Shown here piece after piece: positions 54,808-62,777 of a stretch of DNA of 64,000 bases. A program made the position numbers and the translations under genes. Where the stretch lies: IMG/VR virus record IMGVR_UViG_3300020419_000005; one strand, written 5' to 3'. The notes beneath the pieces are model-generated. The model saw only the letters and a list, made by a program, of their open reading frames with translations. It was not told where the DNA came from and made no database searches. The DNA comes from a virus. The stretch's first letter is position 1. The number at the start of each line of letters is the position of its first letter.

Positions 54808-57800
54808 TAGTCGAACCTCAAATCACATTCATCAAAGTAAGGGTTTCCGTAGTTGTTCATTGTGTCTTCTAGTAACTTTGTACTCGCTGCGGAATAATTA
54901 CGATAAAGTAATGTACCCTCGAAGGGTCCCATCTCTATATAGTTGTCCGCGTTGACTAAGTTTGGATCTATGGATATAGCAGCGTGTACTACTTGGTACA
55001 ACGCACTACCATTTGTACCACTACACGCTTGCAATGGTGAGGAACTACACAAATCATCCTGTGAAAGAGCATTTCCACTTCCGTCATACCCTTTATTGAC
55101 ATCTAATATTCCATCCGTAACAAAATTGTGCCAACACGGATTTGGTAACTTACCTCCGCTACATCCCGCGATTGCTGCGTTGTTATAACCGTAAGTGAAG
55201 TTAGTACTCCCGCCATATCCGCTAACATTGTTTCCTACCCACGTTTGTAGTTGTCCTAACTCCGTCATTCCAGATAATCCGTAATCAAATGTATTCTCAT
55301 CACCAGATAGAGGAACAAATGCGTATTGACCTGCGGAAGTTCTATAACATCTACCTTCCGCTTCTCCTTGCTTACAAGGATGTGCTTTTATTCCATTAGG
55401 TAGATTTGCAATCGATCTAGGACGGGTTAATGTAGGTGCAGGTAGTGATTTAAGGAAATTCATAAACGACGTGTTTACAGACGCTCCTGCACCGCTTACA
55501 TCGCCTTCTATCTCCATAGATACACGTATGTTTGCAGTCTCTTCCTGACTAGCACAATACTTAAATGGCATAAACCCAAAAACTGACTTTTCACCATCAG
55601 CATCTAGTGTTTCATAAGGACAAGGTATATCAAAGAAACGTCTGACGTGGTACATATTAGGTTGTGCCCATTCTTCGCACCCTGATGGGTATAATGAGTT
55701 GATTCCTGCTGTATCCGCATCAACTTCCTTAGAAGTTTCATTAGACAGTGCCCACAACTGCGATATTTCTGTATTTCTTTCATTAAACTCTGGTGCATAC
55801 TGACGCAAGTTAGCAAATGTGCTATCTGTATCATAAAATGCGTTAATATCTGACCATCCTCCAGGTATTTCTAAGTTTATACAGTTCTGCGGAGTAGATT
55901 CACAGTCTTTACTCATCTCTTCTGGGTTAATATCGGGCATATCAATGTAAGCAGTTACTGTTCCTTCTCTTCTAGGTACATCATAGTCCGCTATTGTATC
56001 TGAAAAGTTACTTAAATTGTTATTTACTTGCTCTTGCATATCAGGATCTAACGCTCCAGTCTTTAAAGATGCGTCATATTGCGTATTTAATGCTTCAATT
56101 CCCCCATCTGTTCCAGGTTCTTCTAGGTTTTCCTCATATCTTTGTATTACTAATACCTTTGGTTGAGACGAGGGACTATATCCCGCACCAGGATCTTCAA
56201 TAATTACGTTTATAATACTACCTTGGTCGTCTAAAACTGCTCTTAACTGTGCTTGTTTCAGTGTTCCCATAAATCCAGACTCGTTTTTATACGCATTATT
56301 CATAATTACTGCGGTAGCATCCTTCTCACTCTGCTCTCCATCCTTAAAATCTGGATCTTCTATCTCTTTTGCCTGTAAATCTATACCAGTATCGTTCTTA
56401 AATGTCTCTTGACGGAACTTTGTAGGGTCTGCAAACCCTTGTTCACGCATTGTTTCGGGAAATTCTACTCCAAGATCGGGATCTTTGTAATCTTTTCCGC
56501 TATTAATGATGTTAACTCCTACAACTTTACCCTTTTCATCAATAATTGCCTCTATAAATGCCTCATTTAGGTTACGCTCAGGTATAAGTGCACCCTTTTT
56601 TAGTGCAACTGGCACATATGACACCCTTTTAGGGAACTCATACACTCCCCAGAACGCTGCTTTGTCTTTTATACCGTATCCTGCTAGTACATTAATACTA
56701 CCACCATTGGTTGAAGTGAATGATTGGTTGTATGTGAATGCACTTCCTGTAGTTTCATTGTTAATTTGTACCAATTCCATATATCCGCAGTTCATTTCAT
56801 CACCAAAATAGCGACACGCACTAATCATCCAGTTGTTTATACGTTCTCCTACTGCAAAGAACCCTGTATTAGAAGTATAACGGAAGAATATGCGGTGTTC
56901 GTCTGTACCAGTTCCCCAGAATGACTCATTTGCTCCAGGTTGATGAGCAGGAGCGTCAACATACACTCTAGTTTTATGTGTAACCCACGCACTCTCCTTT
57001 ATAGTGTAATTAAAGGTATGATACTCATAAGTAGGTTGAGAATTAGAGTTTTGTAGACACGGAGCGTCAGTTGTAAGGAAGTTTATACCATATACGGGTC
57101 CATTCCACGGATATGAGGTATCATAGAGGTAATATACGAACTGTCCCTCAAAAGCATCGTGAAAATTCAGTGATTTTGGTACAGAACCTTTTACTGGTCC
57201 GTTTTTTCCGTAAAACCACTCATAATACGCTGCTGTGCTTAATATTTCTACGTTAGAACCACCCCAACCTGATTGAGATGGGTTATCCATCGATTCTAAG
57301 TAGTCTCTTAACGCATAATTACCCGCTTCATCCCAATCATACCATCCTGCACGGGAAATTTCCCCAGTATTGCGTGCACCACCTAAATTTTCTATCTTTT
57401 TCTTTCCTCTTGGACCCGAAGAGGTCATTATATACCCAAATATACCCACATATGCGTATTGTCCCTGTCTAGCATCCAAACAATCAGGTACTCCCGCAAC
57501 TCCTGTCTCTAAATTTACTTCTTCTACGGGGTTTATGGTATAGAACGTGTCTGGTCCACGGTTTACTCCGTTAGGTAACTTATATTCATACAATGGTACA
57601 GCAACTTCACCCCCTTTCATCAATCCAGAGGATGCAGCGTTAGATGCGGAGGTCCAAATGTATCCTAATAGTGTAGTTCCGCTACCTGTAGTTAAATATG
57701 AATCATTATTCGCAGAATCATAGTTACTATACACCGCAACAGTTCCTGTCTGACTATCTTTCATCAAAGAGAAGTATTGTGAGTTCCTTTGACGAGGTTC

Positions 57801-58115
57801 TCTATTATATGAACGGAATTCTTCTTGACCTTCTTGTACTACTTCATCCCTACTGTATAAATGGTCTCTTAGTTTACCACTATAGTACCTATAGACTGAT
57901 ACTCTTTCCGCATTACAGTTTTCTAAACACGTTTCAGTAGGTTCTCCTAGGTAGAACACCTGATCCTTACCAAACTTATACCCACCAGGACCTACACCTT
58001 GGAACGTAATCGTATATCCCGCAGGTACGTTAGTTCCAGTATAGACTTTAGTGTAATCTTCAGAGTCAACAGGGTTCATATAAGAACGACCTGTCTCTAG
58101 GATCTTAGCGGGCAT
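54807..58115 (-). CDS. Large putative virion structural protein (1102 aa)
   Basis: Long ORF upstream of the PAAR gene; G.GY Ig-like segments; Cys-rich C-terminal third. Confidence 0.7.
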   Translation of the reverse strand: MPAKILETGRSYMNPVDSEDYTKVYTGTNVPAGYTITFQGVGPGGYKFGKDQVFYLGEPTETCLENCNAERVSVYRYYSGKLRDHLYSRDEVVQEGQEEFRSYNREPRQRNSQYFSLMKDSQTGTVAVYSNYDSANNDSYLTTGSGTTLLGYIWTSASNAASSGLMKGGEVAVPLYEYKLPNGVNRGPDTFYTINPVEEVNLETGVAGVPDCLDARQGQYAYVGIFGYIMTSSGPRGKKKIENLGGARNTGEISRAGWYDWDEAGNYALRDYLESMDNPSQSGWGGSNVEILSTAAYYEWFYGKNGPVKGSVPKSLNFHDAFEGQFVYYLYDTSYPWNGPVYGINFLTTDAPCLQNSNSQPTYEYHTFNYTIKESAWVTHKTRVYVDAPAHQPGANESFWGTGTDEHRIFFRYTSNTGFFAVGERINNWMISACRYFGDEMNCGYMELVQINNETTGSAFTYNQSFTSTNGGSINVLAGYGIKDKAAFWGVYEFPKRVSYVPVALKKGALIPERNLNEAFIEAIIDEKGKVVGVNIINSGKDYKDPDLGVEFPETMREQGFADPTKFRQETFKNDTGIDLQAKEIEDPDFKDGEQSEKDATAVIMNNAYKNESGFMGTLKQAQLRAVLDDQGSIINVIIEDPGAGYSPSSQPKVLVIQRYEENLEEPGTDGGIEALNTQYDASLKTGALDPDMQEQVNNNLSNFSDTIADYDVPRREGTVTAYIDMPDINPEEMSKDCESTPQNCINLEIPGGWSDINAFYDTDSTFANLRQYAPEFNERNTEISQLWALSNETSKEVDADTAGINSLYPSGCEEWAQPNMYHVRRFFDIPCPYETLDADGEKSVFGFMPFKYCASQEETANIRVSMEIEGDVSGAGASVNTSFMNFLKSLPAPTLTRPRSIANLPNGIKAHPCKQGEAEGRCYRTSAGQYAFVPLSGDENTFDYGLSGMTELGQLQTWVGNNVSGYGGSTNFTYGYNNAAIAGCSGGKLPNPCWHNFVTDGILDVNKGYDGSGNALSQDDLCSSSPLQACSGTNGSALYQVVHAAISIDPNLVNADNYIEMGPFEGTLLYRNYSAASTKLLEDTMNNYGNPYFDECDLRFD

Positions 58116-58389
58116 CCATTTGTGCTAGAGTTTCTTCAATTTTATTTAGTCTGTCAAAAATAGTGTCAAATACCTGTAGTAAATTACTATGCTTATCATC
58201 ACCTGGGATTTTATACTGTATCATATCAGCACCTCTACTTAAGAAGGACTCTACTTGTTGAGTACGATTGGCAAGGTTAGTAGCAGTCTTTGCTATCATC
58301 TCAAACCTCCACTCATTCTCCTCTTCTATAGATTTAAACTCAGGTACCTCTAAATCTTGAGGTATAACTAGATCTTCTTGGTTTTCCAT
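58105..58389 (-). CDS. Hypothetical protein
   Basis: 94-aa ORF, overlap-coupled, with a C-terminal coiled coil. Confidence 0.7.
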   Translation of the reverse strand: MENQEDLVIPQDLEVPEFKSIEEENEWRFEMIAKTATNLANRTQQVESFLSRGADMIQYKIPGDDKHSNLLQVFDTIFDRLNKIEETLAQMDAR

Positions 58390-58928
58390 TAAAAATAATT
58401 AAAATTCAATACTACACGAAACTTTTGGTCTGTGCAACTGGTACCTGCGTGAGGTGTATTCACCTTAAATTTTAGCAAACGATTTGCCTTACTGTCAACT
58501 TTAGTACCGTCTTGAAAGTATGTATAACCATTATTGTCATTTAGATAGTATATTGCAGTAGTAGCACCTTCAAACTCATTAGACCCATACTCACCACAGT
58601 CTGTATGAAAGTCATATTCCTGTAGTCTATCAGTATGGTGGTTTAGGTTTGCCTTTATACGTATCAGTGCTCTTGGTTGTAAACGGTTCACTATAGGTAG
58701 TACCTTCTCATACTGAGGTCCTAGAGGTTGTCCTCCTCCATATACGTAGTTTACCATTTGCCAGTTATATATTTCTTTCGCTTGTAAGTCAGGGTCTACC
58801 ATTCGGGCAACGTGCATTACCTTCGCTTGGTTTACATACCACGGAAAATCTTGCCCCACGAAGTAGTCTCGAACATCCTCAAATTCGTTCGGGGGTAGGT
58901 AGTTATCGATTATTTCAAAGTTCATCAC
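58389..58928 (-). CDS. 2OG-Fe(II) oxygenase superfamily protein
   Basis: RIKANL, HTD, TTAIYYLN.NNG.T, NRLL.F....H.G and R.VLNFNY (HxD...H...R). Confidence 0.85.
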   Translation of the reverse strand: MMNFEIIDNYLPPNEFEDVRDYFVGQDFPWYVNQAKVMHVARMVDPDLQAKEIYNWQMVNYVYGGGQPLGPQYEKVLPIVNRLQPRALIRIKANLNHHTDRLQEYDFHTDCGEYGSNEFEGATTAIYYLNDNNGYTYFQDGTKVDSKANRLLKFKVNTPHAGTSCTDQKFRVVLNFNYF

Positions 58929-58995
58929 GATTTCAGAATAGTTACGACGTTCGCGGGGGTAACGTTTCTAGCGTCAGACCCCTCTATATGCCCCT

Positions 58996-59160
58996 CTAAT
59001 GGTTACATTCGTAGTTCTCGTTGTATCTCTTCACGCTAGGAGTTATTTTATCCAATAAATCCTCAACATCTTCATATGTCTCAGTTTGATAAGTCTGCAA
59101 TGACTTCTGATACAATTCTAAGGCATTGTAGATCAATGACATCTCTCTTCTGTTAAACAT
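58996..59160 (-). CDS. Small helical hypothetical protein (54 aa, not in ORF track)
   Basis: MFNRREMSLIYNALELYQKSLQTYQTETYEDVEDLLDKI...; overlaps the upstream stop. Confidence 0.65.
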   Translation of the reverse strand: MFNRREMSLIYNALELYQKSLQTYQTETYEDVEDLLDKITPSVKRYNENYECNH

Positions 59161-59314
59161 CTGCTTTGGTGATGATTAGTTTGTCGTCTATAATATCATA
59201 TTGTATCACATCTCCTACTCCCCACGCAAGTTCTTCAACTATCTGATCAGGTAATTTAAAAGTCATTTCACCGTAATCATCCTCCTCTATGGGAACTAGA
59301 AATCGTTTACTCAT
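59153..59314 (-). CDS. AbrB/MazE/SpoVT-like small DNA-binding protein (53 aa, not in ORF track)
   Basis: MSKRFLVPIEEDDYGEMTFKLPDQIVEELAWGVGDVIQYDIIDDKLIITK: G....LP..I...L.W..GD.I......L.I.K swapped-hairpin pattern. Confidence 0.7.
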   Translation of the reverse strand: MSKRFLVPIEEDDYGEMTFKLPDQIVEELAWGVGDVIQYDIIDDKLIITKADV

Positions 59315-59753
59315 TCTTTCGTAAAATATAGCGTATCATTGGTATATAGGATTCTAGGTATTCTATGTTACTAACGTAAGAATACTTGTGTTGAAGTATT
59401 AACCCATCACCCAAATACACCCCTGCGTGTTTAATAAGACTATTGGATAAACCATCAGCAATACCGAATGAGAAGCACACCACATCATTCTTTTTTAAGA
59501 TACTCTTATACCAATCTATACCATCCCATTCTCCTTCATCCTTCTTGAATATAACTCCCCAACCCTCTGCTTCTATATCTTCTATCTTATATTCCCTTAC
59601 AAACATACTGTAATCCTTAGAGAAGGTCTGAATACCAGTATCTTTCATATAATCATAGATCAGTGTGAAACATCCTCCACCTCTCTGCTGTTTCCAAGGG
59701 CGACCTAACCAGGGGGAGTAATCATTCTCGTACTTTTTTATCAAATTGTCCAT
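59307..59753 (-). CDS. NlpC/P60-family (C40-like) protein
   Basis: WLGRPW....GGCFTLIYDY (catalytic Cys), DVVCF, and HAGVYLGDGLILQH (two His). Confidence 0.8.
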   Translation of the reverse strand: MDNLIKKYENDYSPWLGRPWKQQRGGGCFTLIYDYMKDTGIQTFSKDYSMFVREYKIEDIEAEGWGVIFKKDEGEWDGIDWYKSILKKNDVVCFSFGIADGLSNSLIKHAGVYLGDGLILQHKYSYVSNIEYLESYIPMIRYILRKNE

Positions 59754-59895
59754 AGGTAAAATTTTTTCTGGGGATTTTTTTATATATCAGGGTACCTTAA
59801 ATGCGTTTTCGATAATATAGCAAACCCTATACTTTTGTAGGTTAGTCAAAAAAGATTTTTTTAATATGCCACTTTTCCGATTGGCACAAGGCGAA

Positions 59896-59914
59896 AATGA
59901 TAATCGTTTTCATT
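59896..59914. promoter_or_regulatory. Fur-box-like inverted repeat
   Basis: AATGATAATCGTTTTCATT, 17/19 identical to AATGATAATCATTATCATT; intergenic. Confidence 0.45.
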
Positions 59915-59936
59915 CTCACCTGTGTCACCTCTGAGA

Positions 59937-60146
59937 CTACCAGAGATACGTAACTTTTTTATTCTCAGGGAATTGTATTTTATCCCCAACTAAAATTGCG
60001 TCATACTTAGTTAATAGATGGAATGTTTGCTTCATAAAATTTAAAGCACCCTCTAGAGATAAATCGCTGATTAACTCAGCATCAAATCTTTTCTTATAGT
60101 AAGTTGTAGTTTGGAATTGCTTGAAAGTTATTTGATTAAGTTCCAT
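59937..60146 (-). CDS. Early hypothetical protein
   Basis: 69-aa ORF downstream of an early promoter cassette. Confidence 0.7.
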   Translation of the reverse strand: MELNQITFKQFQTTTYYKKRFDAELISDLSLEGALNFMKQTFHLLTKYDAILVGDKIQFPENKKVTYLW

Positions 60147-60156
60147 AGTGGGTTGC

Positions 60157-60203
60157 TTAGTGTTGTTATATTAATTATAGCGAATTATTCCCCCCTATGC
60201 GAA
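60157..60203 (-). promoter_or_regulatory. Early sigma70-like promoter cassette
   Basis: TTCGCA-18 nt-TATAAT followed by an AACAACACTAA leader. Confidence 0.7.
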
Positions 60204-60376
60204 CTAATTAGAATATATGTTAAATTGCTGTTATTATGACAATCACGTTACATAACTCTTGAAAAAAACCGCCTTGCGTGCTAACTTCCTAAGACTACAA
60301 TAACCTAAGATATTAATAGAGATATAAAATTGAAAAGTATATTTATTTTAACCTTTTTAATTTATACTAAATCTAT

Positions 60377-60739
60377 TCATTTATACCGTAAGTTTTTAAA
60401 ATGATCGTTTACTTTGTTCCCATCTATATGTCTCACTTGCCTATGATCTATATTAGTTATTTGTTCTTCTTCTATTGTTTCCGCACTTATAAAAGCACTT
60501 GCTACAAGTCTGGCAATTCTTCTTACAACTGTTTTCCCTTCTTTTCTGAGAGTTACTCTCTTGTAACCGTTTTCATTAATATGAGTCTGTAATTGTTTCC
60601 ACTTTCCCCACTTAGTAGAGAATACTTCTCCATTCTCTTTTATGTAATAATCTTCATACTGTGGTAGTGCCTTATACAACTTTCCGCTATCATCAACAAA
60701 AGTTTCCGCATCAACTTTTTTAAACGTGTAAATAGTCAT
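60377..60739 (-). CDS. NUMOD4-HNH protein, truncated or degenerate
   Basis: Y.I...G.V.S...K.L....N.NGY.RV.L (NUMOD4), ARLVA.AF, and VRHIDGNK.ND...NLRY followed by a stop. Confidence 0.75.
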   Translation of the reverse strand: MTIYTFKKVDAETFVDDSGKLYKALPQYEDYYIKENGEVFSTKWGKWKQLQTHINENGYKRVTLRKEGKTVVRRIARLVASAFISAETIEEEQITNIDHRQVRHIDGNKVNDHFKNLRYK

Positions 60740-60755
60740 TATTTTAAAGGATAAT

Positions 60756-60783
60756 AAAAAAAGGACTTTGTTAGAGTCCTTTT
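60756..60783 (-). terminator. Rho-independent terminator (could act in both directions)
   Basis: AAAAGGACT-ttgttag-AGTCCTTTT with A/T tails on both sides, downstream of the ArdA-like gene. Confidence 0.8.
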
Positions 60784-60814
60784 ATATAGGTATTTAATTA
60801 AAACCCTTTTATGC

Positions 60815-61354
60815 TTAGAAATTGTTGAAAATGTGATTATCCCACTCGCAATAATCATAACTTAGGTTATTATCCCATATTTTGTTATAATCAATAGAGG
60901 ACTCTATCCAAGTTGGTAAGTCTCTTGAAATATAACCACAATCTGAGATTAAGTTTTCTGTGAATTCTGCTCCACTTTCCCACTTTCCCATATATGAGTC
61001 TTCTAAGTGCATCAAGTCAGCAATATCGAAAATTGAAATAAATGCTTCAATAATCTCATCAACTGGCGAATCATAGTAACGTAACTCTTGAGATACGTTT
61101 TCATATGTGTCGATATGCTCGATAGCGTCATCAATATCAAGTTCAAAAGTCTCTTGAAATTCTTGAATTTCGTCAAGTCTCTCTGTACCTTCTTCAAGTG
61201 CTATCTCTGTAACTTTAGAAAATTCTACTCCATAGTCAGTAGAGAATTGTAAACTACGGTCAACAATAGCACTAAGTTCAGTAATTCTTGACTTTCTTAA
61301 GTCTGCATTAATCTGATCTAGTCTAGATTGCTGAGAGTTAGATAAAGTTTGCAT
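60815..61354 (-). CDS. ArdA-like antirestriction (DNA-mimic) protein
   Basis: Very acidic; C-terminal Y.G.W.S..EF...L...G....LP......IDY......L..DY.......F matches the ArdA pattern; has its own strong early promoter. Confidence 0.7.
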   Translation of the reverse strand: MQTLSNSQQSRLDQINADLRKSRITELSAIVDRSLQFSTDYGVEFSKVTEIALEEGTERLDEIQEFQETFELDIDDAIEHIDTYENVSQELRYYDSPVDEIIEAFISIFDIADLMHLEDSYMGKWESGAEFTENLISDCGYISRDLPTWIESSIDYNKIWDNNLSYDYCEWDNHIFNNF

Positions 61355-61361
61355 TTGGGAT

Positions 61362-61422
61362 TTAAGTGTTGTTATATTAATGATAACATAAATTTTTGAT
61401 TTATGTCAAGAAAAAAGAGAAT
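61362..61422 (-). promoter_or_regulatory. Early promoter cassette with spacer palindrome
   Basis: TTGACA (61404-61409), 18-nt spacer ending in TGn, TATCAT; ACATAAAT-n5-ATTTATGT inverted repeat; AACACTTAA leader. Confidence 0.85.
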
Positions 61423-61423
61423 T

Positions 61424-61705
61424 TTATACTTTCTTAAGGTTTACATATCCCTCATAATAAGTAATTGCAAGTTCTAAAACAATTTCAAAAACCTCTGTTG
61501 AAACATAAATTTCATTATCAAAAACGTAAGAATCTCTTTTCATTAAGACTTCTAAAACGTTATGGGCAATATCTTCTAAATCTTTTTGAGTAAAAACAGT
61601 TGCCTTCCACCCACCAGTATAGTTAAATCTTTTATCAAGTGTTTTAACTAAATCCTCTGTTGTAACTGTGGATAGGTCAAGAGCGAAATTTTTGATTTTT
61701 GACAT
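61424..61705 (-). CDS. Early hypothetical protein
   Basis: Start moved to MSKIKNF (61705) because the longer start lies inside the promoter cassette. Confidence 0.7.
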   Translation of the reverse strand: MSKIKNFALDLSTVTTEDLVKTLDKRFNYTGGWKATVFTQKDLEDIAHNVLEVLMKRDSYVFDNEIYVSTEVFEIVLELAITYYEGYVNLKKV

Positions 61706-61715
61706 TTTGGGAAAA

Positions 61716-61789
61716 AAGTGTTTTGTATATATTAATGATAACATAAATTTTTAGTTTATGTCAAGAAAAAAGAGAATTTAATATTCTCT
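61716..61789 (-). promoter_or_regulatory. Early promoter cassette (near-copy of 61362-61422)
   Basis: About 50 nt nearly identical (tatattaatgataacataaattttt...ttatgtcaagaaaaaagagaattt); upstream AGAGAAT-n5-ATTCTCT inverted repeat. Confidence 0.85.
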
Positions 61790-62037
61790 TAATATTCTCC
61801 CCATATTCTAAGATATGCGTTAATCTCTGCTAATGTGCAAGAATATTTGTACTCAGCAGCATTACCAGTAATAAATCGCCCAAAACTATTAGTTAATGCT
61901 ATCTCAAATAATCCTTCTTTAGTGTATTCTAGGATAGATGCACCAAAGTTATTATTTGGGAAATTTATCTTACTTACTGTTGTATCTGGGATATTTCCCT
62001 TTTCTGTAGCGTAAGGATAGAATTCAAACATAATCAT
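61789..62037 (-). CDS. Early hypothetical protein
   Basis: F.N.FGASI.....GLFEIA motif; has its own promoter cassette. Confidence 0.7.
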   Translation of the reverse strand: MIMFEFYPYATEKGNIPDTTVSKINFPNNNFGASILEYTKEGLFEIALTNSFGRFITGNAAEYKYSCTLAEINAYLRIWGEY

Positions 62038-62110
62038 TAAGTGTTGTTATTACTATGATAACATAAAAATTTGATTATGTGAGACTTTTTTTAAAATGAA
62101 TTGTTAAGAA
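62037..62110 (-). promoter_or_regulatory. Early promoter cassette
   Basis: TGtTATCAT extended -10, ACATAA-n8-TTATGT inverted repeat, AACACTTAA leader. Confidence 0.7.
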
Positions 62111-62122
62111 ATTATAAAGCAT

Positions 62123-62155
62123 AAAAAAAGGTTAGAGTTCCCACGCTCTAACCTT
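62123..62155 (-). terminator. Rho-independent terminator
   Basis: AAGGTTAGAG-cgtgggaa-CTCTAACCTT followed by a T run (7 T in total). Confidence 0.85.
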
Positions 62156-62272
62156 CTTTAATTGAATATGTTAAGATATATTACAATCAGTTGCAATATT
62201 AACCCTAGTGTGAGTTAGGATTAATAACTGGACTTACATCAAGGGAACACTAAACCCTTAAATGCCAGTAAC
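62123..62272 (-). ncRNA. Candidate structured small RNA / 3' UTR RNA (three hairpins plus terminator)
   Basis: ORF-free 150 nt folding into ACTGG-CATTTAAGGG(loop UUUAGUGUU)CCCTTGATG-TAAGT-CCAGT, TATTAATCCTA(ACTCACAC)TAGGGTTAATA, TATTGCAA(CTGA)TTGTAATA and a terminator. The wobble positions are G-U pairs only on the minus strand. Confidence 0.55.
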
Positions 62273-62274
62273 GT

Positions 62275-62706
62275 TTAACCTAGTGGGTAGTATCCGTTAG
62301 TGTTGAAATAGTCTATATCTGAAATAGTTAAATGCTTTTCAAATACTTTCATACCTTCATAAAATTGAATCTCAGCACCAGTTAATGTGTCTACTAAAAT
62401 CCATTGCTTTTTATGTTGCTTTATATAAACTCTATCCTTAGTTAGTTCACTAAGAATTGCGTTTAATCTCTCTTTAGTTGTTTTGGTTCTAAAACCGCCA
62501 TTATACAATTTAACTGACCTGTAACCAAAGTGTGTGTGGTCAATTTCTGCTATAACAGTATCGTAAAATTTTACGTCAACAATGTTAGAACCGTCTTGTC
62601 TAGTAATAACTTCAGTATTACCTAGTCCAGTTCCCTTAGTGTTGCACTTCATCATAGCGAAAATTGCTGATGTTGTACTGGGTTTTGAAAAAGTCAAGTT
62701 GGTCAT
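62275..62706 (-). CDS. Early hypothetical protein of a conserved phage family
   Basis: NT.V......V.....IA.......LYNGG..T.TTK.RLNAIL motif. Confidence 0.75.
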   Translation of the reverse strand: MTNLTFSKPSTTSAIFAMMKCNTKGTGLGNTEVITRQDGSNIVDVKFYDTVIAEIDHTHFGYRSVKLYNGGFRTKTTKERLNAILSELTKDRVYIKQHKKQWILVDTLTGAEIQFYEGMKVFEKHLTISDIDYFNTNGYYPLG

Positions 62707-62770
62707 AGTGTTTTTTGCTTATGAGTCTATTCTAGCAAAGAATAGTGGTATATGTGGATTGAATTGTTAA
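62707..62770 (-). promoter_or_regulatory. Early promoter cassette (extended -10)
   Basis: TGcTAGAAT (-10 at 62729-62734), AAAAACACT leader abutting the ATG, weak -35. Confidence 0.6.
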
Positions 62771-62777
62771 GAGAATC

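Noticed and set aside
58929-58995. GC-richer intergenic stretch as a tRNA or ribozyme
   Set aside because: No cloverleaf, T-loop or ribozyme core is recognisable; only weak pairing such as GTTAC/GTAAC. No tRNA or rRNA was seen anywhere in the window.
61362-62110. CRISPR-like array suggested by the recurring 50-nt repeats
   Set aside because: The repeats are separated by whole genes of 250-300 nt and contain -35/-10 elements; no cas genes are present.
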